Source: an uncultured Acidobacteriota bacterium (GTDB lineage: Bacteria > Acidobacteriota > UBA6911 > RPQK01). From it: a DNA stretch of 64,000 bases. The notes below the pieces were generated by a model. It saw only the letters and a list, made by a program, of their open reading frames with translations. It had not been told where the DNA came from and searched no databases. The stretch is from the NCBI GenBank assembly GCA_963744645.1, contig CAVUUN010000025.1:11264-75263 (forward strand), written 5' to 3'. Position numbers and translations under genes: made by a program. Positions within the stretch are counted from its first letter, which is position 1, and the number at the start of each line of letters is the position of its first letter. Below are positions 56,661 through 64,000 of this stretch, one piece after another.

Positions 56661-56883
56661 CTCTGCGTCGCATTCTGATAAAGATCGCAACCCGTGCACG
56701 TCTCTGCGGCCCGGCGCAGTCTGCCCAGCGTTGGTTTTTCCGGGATGAAAGGCCGGGCTGTCGGAAACGATTCTTTTAACGGCTTCCTCGGCATTGCGGG
56801 CGGCCAGTCCTAGCTTCCCCTTGGTCCGGAATCGGCGGATAATCGAGCAAAACGCTCGTGTTTCCCGGTCTCCCGGACTTCCC

Positions 56884-57528
56884 ATGACCACTTTCTACCT
56901 TTGTCTCAGTTTCTCACGGCTCGCCCTCCAATTGGGAGGCCCTGGGCTCATCCTCATCGGCATCCTCGACAATTCTTTCATTCCCACCGCCGGACTCCTG
57001 GACGTGCTCACGATCGTTTTGGCGGCAGCGGACCGGGACTGGTGGCTTTACTATGCGGTGATGTCGACGGCCGGCGCCATACTGGGTGGTTACATTACCT
57101 ACCGGCTGGGGCGGACCGGGGGCGAAGCGGCCCTCGAGAAGCGCGTCTCCGCGGACAAAATCGAAAAAATCCGGTCCAAGGTCGAAACAATGGGCTGGGG
57201 AGCGATCGTCCTTTCGGCCATCCTGCCACCACCGTTTCCTGCTCCTCCTTTCCTTTTCGCCGCAGGTGCTTTCAGCTACCCGGTTCGTAAGTTCCTGATA
57301 TTCCTCGGTCTCGGGAGGGCGGCCCGATATCTCCTCATTGCCTTCCTGGCCTCCCTGTTTGGACGCCGGCTCATTGCGTACCTTCGGGACAGCGACCTGG
57401 TGATCACCGCCATGGTGATCACACTCGTGGCGGTGGCCGGAGCCGTCCTGACGGTGTTTCTTTTGAGAAGAAGGAGGAAAGTTCGAAACCCTGGCGTGGA
57501 GTCACCGGCTGCCGGGCGCTCCCGGTGA
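56884..57528 (+). CDS. YqaA/DedA-related membrane protein
   Basis: The protein is polytopic with a DedA-like architecture. The start is assigned to MTTFYL. Confidence 0.5.
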   Translation: MTTFYLCLSFSRLALQLGGPGLILIGILDNSFIPTAGLLDVLTIVLAAADRDWWLYYAVMSTAGAILGGYITYRLGRTGGEAALEKRVSADKIEKIRSKVETMGWGAIVLSAILPPPFPAPPFLFAAGAFSYPVRKFLIFLGLGRAARYLLIAFLASLFGRRLIAYLRDSDLVITAMVITLVAVAGAVLTVFLLRRRRKVRNPGVESPAAGRSR

Positions 57529-57664
57529 GGGACGGTTCGCCGGGTAAGAATTCCCGGTTTTTGCCCTTATCGTCCCCACTCATGCCATTTTTTCAATACC
57601 TTACGAGGTCGTTTTCTGGCTCGGGGATTGCAGTCTGTTACTCCGAAACAAGGAGGATATCACC

Positions 57665-58249
57665 ATGAAGAATAGAGTCGCTCTCAGCCTCGGAATCCTG
57701 GTCTTGCTCTCAGTCGGAAGCGCGAATTTGGCCGGACAATCAAGGGATCTCGAGCGCAAACAGTCAGCCGATTACGATCGGAAAGTCGAGGACATCCGGA
57801 AGAGTCTTGTCAAACTCCCCTATTACGGAATTTTCGACTACCTGGCGTTCAGCTATGACGAAACGAGCGGCAAAGTCGTATTGACGGGGCAGGTGGCGCG
57901 CCCCTCACTGAAGAAGGACGCAGAGCGATCAGTCGAACGGATCGAATGGGTCAAGAGCATCGACAACAAAATCGAAGTTCTTCCCACCTCGCCCATGGAT
58001 GACAGGATCCGTGTTGCTCTGTCCCGGGCGATCTACGGGCAGCCGGCGCTCCAAAAGTATGGCGTGGGCGCCAATCCCTCAATCCATATCATCGTCAAGA
58101 ATGGCAACGTCCGACTCGAAGGAGTGGTGAACAACCAGGGAGACAAGCAGATCGCTGAGGCCCAGGCAAGGACCGTCGGCGGGACCTTCGCGGTCAGCAA
58201 CAACCTTCAAGTCGAGCGGGGGGAGTCGAAGACCTCGAAAGCGGAATAA
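57665..58249 (+). CDS. Secreted protein with tandem BON domains (OsmY-like)
   Basis: A signal peptide is followed by two BON-like repeats (VVLTGQVARPSLK... and VRLEGVVNNQGDK). Confidence 0.6.
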   Translation: MKNRVALSLGILVLLSVGSANLAGQSRDLERKQSADYDRKVEDIRKSLVKLPYYGIFDYLAFSYDETSGKVVLTGQVARPSLKKDAERSVERIEWVKSIDNKIEVLPTSPMDDRIRVALSRAIYGQPALQKYGVGANPSIHIIVKNGNVRLEGVVNNQGDKQIAEAQARTVGGTFAVSNNLQVERGESKTSKAE

Positions 58250-58319
58250 AACCGCCCCCCACTGAATCTTGGGTCGCGACAGTGTCCCACCCAGGGGATG
58301 CGCGGCATCTTGACGATCG

Positions 58320-58420
58320 TCCCCACACGGAGTTTCGGGGGATGCAAAACTTATCTCCTTCGCCGTGCCACAAACGTGCCAGCGGGACGGGAATTAAGTA
58401 TTATGTCCCCGAAACTTCCC
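58320..58420. repeat. MITE-like hairpin element, copy 7
   Basis: The ends are GAGTTTCGGGGGATGCAAAACTTATCTCC and GGAATTAAGTATTATGTCCCCGAAACT. Confidence 0.8.
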
Positions 58421-58424
58421 AACC

Positions 58425-59114
58425 ATGTTGAACAACAGGCGCGTGACCGTCATCATCCCGGCTTTGAACGAGGAGAACGCCATCGGACAAGTTGTAGCAG
58501 CCGTTCCGGCCTGGGTGGACGAGATCCTGGTCGTGGATAACGGGTCGACCGATGGAACTGCGGAGGCGGCGAGGGCGGCCGGCGCCCGGGTCATTCCCGA
58601 GCCGGTGCGCGGTTACGGGAAAGCTTGCCAGGCAGGCGTCGCCGCCGGCGATTCTGCCGACATCCTGGTGTTTCTCGACGGCGATTCGAGCGACGTCCCC
58701 GGTGAAATGGACGGCCTGGTTGCACCAATTGCCGCAGATGAAGCCGACTTTGTTCTCGGCTCCCGTCTCCTCGGTCGTGCGGAACCCGGCTCGCTGACCC
58801 CTCAACAGAGATTCGGTAATGCGCTCGCCTGTACTCTGATGAAGTGGTTCTGGCGGGCAAGGTACACCGATCTGGGACCCTTTCGCGCCATCCGCCGCAC
58901 GCTGCTCGACTCGCTTGGGATGCAAGACGTCGGCTACGGCTGGACCATCGAAATGCAGATCAAGGCGGCGCAAAACGGAGCCCGGGTCCTCGAGATCCCG
59001 GTCAGCTACCGCACGAGAATCGGGAAATCCAAGATTTCCGGGACCGTGAAAGGCACGATCGGAGCAGGGGCGAAAATCCTTGCCACGATTGGGCGCCTGC
59101 GGCTGACCGGCTGA
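58425..59114 (+). CDS. Family 2 glycosyltransferase (polyprenyl-phosphate sugar synthase-like)
   Basis: VIIPALNEE...VVDNGSTDGT are GT2 motifs, and DGD is a DxD-type motif. Confidence 0.7.
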   Translation: MLNNRRVTVIIPALNEENAIGQVVAAVPAWVDEILVVDNGSTDGTAEAARAAGARVIPEPVRGYGKACQAGVAAGDSADILVFLDGDSSDVPGEMDGLVAPIAADEADFVLGSRLLGRAEPGSLTPQQRFGNALACTLMKWFWRARYTDLGPFRAIRRTLLDSLGMQDVGYGWTIEMQIKAAQNGARVLEIPVSYRTRIGKSKISGTVKGTIGAGAKILATIGRLRLTG

Positions 59115-59256
59115 CCAGCTGACCGCGCCGGCGTCGACCGCAAAGACAACAACAAGCACAACGATAAACCAGTTGTCAGTCGTCAGTCGTCAGTCGTCAG
59201 CGTCAGTTGTCAGTTGTCAGTTGTCAGTTGTCAGTTGTCAGTTGCCAGTTGCCAGT
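59101..59256. repeat. Tandem-repeat hairpin with (CTGACCGG) units followed by (GTCAGTC)n and (GTCAGTT)n
   Basis: The repeat overlaps the GT2 stop codon at 59112-59114 and the ligase stop codon at 59238. Confidence 0.75.
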
Positions 59257-60881
59257 CTCGCGGCCGCATCTTCCCGCAGCTTGTACTTCTGGACCTTGCC
59301 GCTGGCGGTGGTCGGGAACTGATCCGTGAAGAAGATATGGCGCGGGATCTTGTACCGGGCGATCCGCGTCCGGCAGTAATCCTGGATCTCGCTGGCCTCC
59401 AGGGAGTAGCCCGATTTCAATTGCACATAGGCGACCACTTCCTCGCCGTACTTCTCGCTCGGCACACCGACCACCTGGACGTCCTTGATCCCTTCAACGC
59501 CGTGGATGAAATCCTCGACTTCCTTTGGGTAAATGTTCTCGCCTCCCCGAATGATCATGTCCTTCAGACGCCCGGTGATCCTGTAGTTTCCATCCTCGCG
59601 GAGGATGGCTATGTCTCCCGAATGCAGCCACCCTTCGGAATCGATCGCCTGCGCGGTTTCGGCCGGCATCTGGTAGTAGCCTTTCATGACATTGTAGCCG
59701 CGACAGCACAGCTCACCCGGCTCGCCGATTCCCACTTCGGCCCCGGTCTCGAGGTCGACAAGTTTTACCTCGACTCCTTCGAGCGGCTTTCCTACCGTGG
59801 CAGCCCGCACATCCACCGAGTCGGCTACGGTCGTTTGGGTGATTCCCGGGGACGCCTCGGTCAGCCCGTACACACTCGTGATTTCCCGGCAGTGCATGCG
59901 TTCCATGACCTCCCGGAGCACCGGTTCCGGGCAGGGGGAACCGGCCATGATACCGGTCCGCAGGCTGCTCAGGTCGAACATGTTGAACATCGGGTGCGTC
60001 AGTTCGGCGATGAACATCGTCGGGACCCCGTGCAAAGCGGTGCACTTCTCCTTTTGGACGACTGCGAGGACCATGAGGGGATCGAACGTCTCGAGCGGTA
60101 CGACCGCCGCTCCATGCGTGTAGGCAGCCAGGACACCAAGCGTAATGCCGAAGCAGTGGAACAATGGAACAGGCAGGCAGAGCCGGTCACGATGCGTGAA
60201 ATTCTGCCTTCTGCCGATCGCGAATCCGTTGTTGATCAGATTGTAGTGGGTCAGCATGACCCCCTTCGGGAACCCGGTAGTTCCGGATGTATACTGCATG
60301 TTCGCAACATCATCCGGCTTCACCGACGCGGACACGCAGTCGAACGCCGACTGTTCAACCGCTTGGCCGAGCTCGATAAGCTCCTCGACGCGGTACATCC
60401 CCCGGTGCTCTTTGGGCCCGATATAGACCACGTTCTTCAGATTCGGAAAGCGCGAGGAATCAAGCGCACCCTTGGGGGAGTGCTTTAGCTCGGGAACCAG
60501 GTCATAGATCGTCTGCACGTAGTCGATCTCGCGGTAGCCATCGATCGTGATGAGCAGCCGGGTGTTCGACTGCTTGAGCACGTACTCCAGCTCAATCGGC
60601 CGATAGTTCGTATTGACCGTCACGAGAATGGCGCCAACCCGTCCGGCTGCAAAAAGAAAGACCACCCAGTCGGGCACGTTTGTCGCCCAGATACCGACGT
60701 GGTCACCTTTTCGGACACCGAGCGCGACCAGGCCTTTGGCCACACGGGTCACCCTCTCGTTGAGCTCCGAGTACGTGTAACGTAAATCGCGATTGGAATA
60801 GATCAGGGCAAGCTCGTCCGGATGAGCCCGCGCCGTATTCTCCAGAAGTTCCCCTATTGTGCAGTTGAAAAAATCAGACAC
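59238..60881 (-). CDS. AMP-dependent synthetase/ligase (acyl-CoA synthetase family)
   Basis: The AMP-binding motif region YTSGTTGFPKGV is present, and the protein is about 547 aa. Confidence 0.75.
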   Translation of the reverse strand: MSDFFNCTIGELLENTARAHPDELALIYSNRDLRYTYSELNERVTRVAKGLVALGVRKGDHVGIWATNVPDWVVFLFAAGRVGAILVTVNTNYRPIELEYVLKQSNTRLLITIDGYREIDYVQTIYDLVPELKHSPKGALDSSRFPNLKNVVYIGPKEHRGMYRVEELIELGQAVEQSAFDCVSASVKPDDVANMQYTSGTTGFPKGVMLTHYNLINNGFAIGRRQNFTHRDRLCLPVPLFHCFGITLGVLAAYTHGAAVVPLETFDPLMVLAVVQKEKCTALHGVPTMFIAELTHPMFNMFDLSSLRTGIMAGSPCPEPVLREVMERMHCREITSVYGLTEASPGITQTTVADSVDVRAATVGKPLEGVEVKLVDLETGAEVGIGEPGELCCRGYNVMKGYYQMPAETAQAIDSEGWLHSGDIAILREDGNYRITGRLKDMIIRGGENIYPKEVEDFIHGVEGIKDVQVVGVPSEKYGEEVVAYVQLKSGYSLEASEIQDYCRTRIARYKIPRHIFFTDQFPTTASGKVQKYKLREDAAARLATGN

Positions 60882-60902
60882 TCTCCCTCCAGATCAAACT
60901 AC

Positions 60903-60984
60903 GCACTGCCCACTGCGGACTGCACACTGAGGGGCGGCGGTCAGCCGGTCAGCCGGTCAGTGCGCAGTGCGCAGCGCGCAGTGG
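60903..60984. repeat. Short hybrid repeat with (GGTCAGCC)n and (CAGTGCGCAG)n units
   Basis: It combines unit types seen in repeat B at 10001-10160 and in the giant palindrome at 19361-19682. Confidence 0.7.
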
Positions 60985-60986
60985 TT

Positions 60987-62279
60987 TTACCCGATCAACC
61001 CCTTCTGTCCGTAGTAGAACACCCCTGCCATGGCACCGGTCAGCAGGGTCGCGAGCGTCGCTGCCCACAGGGATCGCCAACTGAGCGCTGCCAGGTCATC
61101 ACGACGCGACGGGGCGAGAGCCGCGGTGCCTCCAACAAAAATCGCGACGGAGGCAACGTGAGTAAAACCGCAAAGGGCATAGCTCAGCACGAGTAGGCCG
61201 CGAGCGGAAAGGGCGTTCCTCGAGGCGAACTCTGCCAGGTCCTGATAGGCAATCACCTCGGTAAGCAGCCAGCGTTCACCGATCAAGTGCGCGGCGATAG
61301 GCCACTCGGAAGGATCGAGCCCCAGGCAAAGGATCAGCGGGTAAGCGATCCAGGTGAGCACGTTCGTCAGTGTAACCCGGGTCTCGTGACCGGTGATAGC
61401 CATGGTCATCCAGGCGGAACCCGAGCCGAGCAACAGATCCAGAAGCGCCACCAAGCCGCGCAAGCCAATCAGGAGGGCGCCGATGCCGACCGCGAGCTTC
61501 ACACCTTCGTTCGCACCCCAGACGATGCTCCCCATCCAGTGTCGCGATCCGATGTACGAGTCGATCTCGGGTATCCGGCCCATCGTCGCCGGAGTCCCAT
61601 CCTCGGGCACAGTCAGCTTCGACATGATGACCGCAGCGGGGATTGAGAGCACCGACGCCGAGATCAGGTGTCCGGCTATGTAGGGAAACGTGGAGTGAAG
61701 GAAGCTGACGTACAAAGCCAGGACAGTACTGGCAATACTCGCCAGACCCGCGGTCAGGACCATCATCAACTCCGACCTCGTCATCTGGTCAAGGAACGGG
61801 CGGACGATTAATGCAGATTCAATCCCCAGAAAAGTATTGCTGGCCGTTGAAAGCGCCTCGGCGCCGCTCAGGCGCAACCCTCGGTGAACCAGTCGGGCAG
61901 TCAAGCGCACCAGCCACGGAAGGAATCCGACGTGATACAGAAGCGAAGTGATGACCGAGAAGAATACGACGGCAGGAAGCACCTGAAAGGCAAGGATATA
62001 GCCTAATCCCTTCGGATCCGAGCCATCGGCGAGACTTCCGAATACCAGCTTGGAGCCCTCGGTCGAGGCGGCGAGCAGGGTATTCACGGCATTATTAAGC
62101 CAAAGCAGGACGCTTCGGAAAGCGGGCACCCAAAACACGATCGTCCCGATGCCGGCCATCATCAGGAGCCCGATCCCCACCGTGGGCCAGGAGATTCGGC
62201 GCCGGTTGGTCGAAGAGGCCCAACCTAGAAGGATCAGGACCGCACATCCCAGAAGCGAGTAGAGGTTCAGCCAGCTCAT
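60987..62279 (-). CDS. nupC: Concentrative nucleoside transporter (NupC/CNT family)
   Basis: The protein is polytopic with CNT-family features. The family assignment is by overall sequence resemblance. Confidence 0.55.
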   Translation of the reverse strand: MSWLNLYSLLGCAVLILLGWASSTNRRRISWPTVGIGLLMMAGIGTIVFWVPAFRSVLLWLNNAVNTLLAASTEGSKLVFGSLADGSDPKGLGYILAFQVLPAVVFFSVITSLLYHVGFLPWLVRLTARLVHRGLRLSGAEALSTASNTFLGIESALIVRPFLDQMTRSELMMVLTAGLASIASTVLALYVSFLHSTFPYIAGHLISASVLSIPAAVIMSKLTVPEDGTPATMGRIPEIDSYIGSRHWMGSIVWGANEGVKLAVGIGALLIGLRGLVALLDLLLGSGSAWMTMAITGHETRVTLTNVLTWIAYPLILCLGLDPSEWPIAAHLIGERWLLTEVIAYQDLAEFASRNALSARGLLVLSYALCGFTHVASVAIFVGGTAALAPSRRDDLAALSWRSLWAATLATLLTGAMAGVFYYGQKGLIG

Positions 62280-62349
62280 GCGTACTCCAAGATCGGTTCG
62301 TTGTAGACTAAGAAGGGTTTGGGCGCAAGCAAATTGAAGGAGAACCGCG

Positions 62350-62811
62350 ATGGCACAGCTGAATGTCGGCGATACGGCCCCCGATTTCCAGGCTCAGAGT
62401 GACAGTGGCAAGCCCGTTCGCCTGTCGGATTTTCGGGGCAAAAAGGTCATCCTCTACTTCTACCCCAAAGACGACACCAGCGGCTGTACCGCCCAGGCGT
62501 GCGGTTTTCGAGACGAGTATCCCGCCATTACCGAAAAGAACGCGGTGGTCCTGGGAGTAAGTCCGGACGGCGTCGACTCTCACCAGAGATTCAAAACCAA
62601 ATACAAGCTCCCCTTCACCCTGATTGTTGACCAGGACCACAAGGTGGCCGAGGCTTACGGAACCTGGGGCGAGAAATCGATGTACGGCAAAAAGTACTTT
62701 GGAATCGTCCGGAGCCACTTCGTCATCGACGAGCAGGGCCTTATCTCCGACGTCCAGTACAACGTGAAGGCGGCGCAGAGCCCCGCCAAAGCACTCGCCA
62801 GCGCGTCCTAG
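62350..62811 (+). CDS. bcp: Thiol peroxidase Bcp (peroxiredoxin Q)
   Basis: FYPKDDTSGCT is the peroxiredoxin active-site motif with its peroxidatic Cys. Confidence 0.8.
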   Translation: MAQLNVGDTAPDFQAQSDSGKPVRLSDFRGKKVILYFYPKDDTSGCTAQACGFRDEYPAITEKNAVVLGVSPDGVDSHQRFKTKYKLPFTLIVDQDHKVAEAYGTWGEKSMYGKKYFGIVRSHFVIDEQGLISDVQYNVKAAQSPAKALASAS

Positions 62812-62814
62812 GCG

Positions 62815-63800
62815 GGTGGGTGGATGGCTGGTCCGTCCGCTCACTCGCTCGCTGGCGTTCGCTGCCGAGGGTGTCGAATAAGGTCTTGAATTCCCCCAAA
62901 TTTGCGGAAAGTACACAGAAATGTAAAAGGGGGTAAAGCCTTTCTTTGGGCGCCGGACGCACCCCGACCGAGCGGTGTCAGAGCCGCGCGCGAGCGCTTT
63001 CCAGCGAAGCAAGCGGGTTCGGACAACCGGCTGATCGCATGTCCGTTGGCACTAGCGCTGCAGGGGACCATGCGATCGGCTCACAGCTCGAACCCGCTTG
63101 CTTCGCTGGAAAGCGCTCGCGCGCGGCTCTGACACCGCTCGGTCGGGGTCGGTCTTGCTTGCCTAAACAGGTCACCCTTGAGGCCGATTTACAGGATATT
63201 AAACATTTTCAACACCCTCTGCCGTGCGCGGCTCCCTACGGTGATTGCTCGCCGCTCGTTCTCGCTAAGATCCATGCGGATCGCCCTCTGCCCGCTGCCC
63301 ACTGGTTCTTGCCTTTCCTTCCTTCGACATTCGTCATTCGTTGTTCGATATTCAATAATGGGGTATCTCCTTGACTCAAGTAGCCACTATATATTGTGTG
63401 CCGGGCAGGAGGAGCATTCCACAGAGGCATGGATCTCAGCGAGAGCGAGCGGCGAGCAATCACCGTAAGGAGCCGCGCACGGCAGCGAGCGTCAGCGAGC
63501 GAGTAAGCGGACCAGCCACCCAGCCCCAGGGGGCAGTCGCGAGTAGCAAAGCCAGCCTAAAGAGCATGTTGGTTGGTCCGCTTACTCGCTCGCTGGGCTC
63601 GCTGCCGTGCGCGGCTCCTTACGATCTCGCCGTAGCCAGCGGATGGCCGGGAAGCTCCAGGCGTGTACCGAACTTGGTCCAGGACGTGCCCGGCGCCTCA
63701 AGTTCCTCGACAACAATAGGTAGTGGTTACTGGAGTGAAGGAGATACCCCATTATTCGATATTCTGCGGCGCCCCGTGACACCGACCCAAGGACCGAATG
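62815..63800. repeat. Complex modular nested-palindrome element O, sharing modules with 51385-51895 and 56230-56500
   Basis: The module ccgtgcgcggctcc(c/t)tacggtgattgctcgccgctcgttctcgct is present in both orientations. The reverse complement of the K centre lies at 63535-63580. Confidence 0.75.
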
Positions 63801-64000
63801 AAGGATAACAAGGACGAAGGCCAGGCGGGTTAATGAGGGGGGGCCTGATGCCTTGCCATCCCTTTCATATGAGGTGCCCATCCCTTTCAGGGAAGGTCCC
63901 CGGACAATCCGCTGTGGACCCGGGGTAGCCAGAAAACGGCTACCCCGGGCTATCTTGCCTTGTCCCTTCAGGACAAATACCACGGAACACGAACGTTGGG

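Noticed and set aside
59494-60190. Possibility of separate small genes within the AMP-ligase region (59494-59709, 59713-60045, 59999-60190 on the minus strand).
   Set aside because: These are alternative frames of the 59238-60881 ligase gene, which is continuous and has canonical AMP-binding motifs.
63895-63950. Perfect 12-bp stem-loop cccggggtagcc-agaaaac-ggctaccccggg near the window end, as a rho-independent terminator.
   Set aside because: No U-rich tract follows it on either strand, and no gene end is visible upstream within the window. I left it uncalled.

Overview
This is a 64 kb, high-GC (about 60%) chromosomal segment. Its gene content suggests Acidobacteriota, although this is an inference; the hints are TonB-dependent receptors with an N-terminal carboxypeptidase-regulatory domain, many secreted TPR-repeat proteins, and Tat-signal Gfo/Idh/MocA oxidoreductases. 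I can support about 45 protein genes. These include a membrane NapC/NirT-type tetraheme cytochrome c fused to a formylglycine-generating-enzyme (FGE) domain; a three-subunit GMC/cytochrome c membrane dehydrogenase; the aguB-aguA agmatine operon; a GAF-PP2C phosphatase; an NfeD-flotillin pair next to an ABC exporter; an ArsS-like radical SAM gene with a DUF2064 transferase (the rSAM/selenodomain-associated pair); and a second radical SAM/SPASM-like enzyme. I found no tRNA, rRNA, CRISPR array, transposase or integrase. The most striking property of the window is the density of structured intergenic repeats, which fall into at least three families. Family one is a roughly 100-bp MITE-like hairpin element whose inverted ends read GAGTTTCGGGGACACAAAACTTAATTCC and GGAATTAAGTATTATGTCCCCGAAACT; I count at least 8 copies, including one inserted inside the dehydrogenase operon. 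Family two is a set of long hairpins whose arms are tandem 7-11 bp units. They sit in at least 12 intergenic gaps (mostly between convergent genes) and often overlap stop codons. Family three is a pair of complex nested palindromic elements of 500-1000 bp built from shared modules, plus a perfect 62-bp-arm, roughly 226-bp palindrome. Two TonB-dependent receptor genes are broken by multiple frameshifts. The most speculative lead is a roughly 320-bp tandem-repeat palindrome lying divergent to the radical SAM/SPASM-like gene; read as protein it gives a Cys/Tyr/His-rich repetitive peptide.
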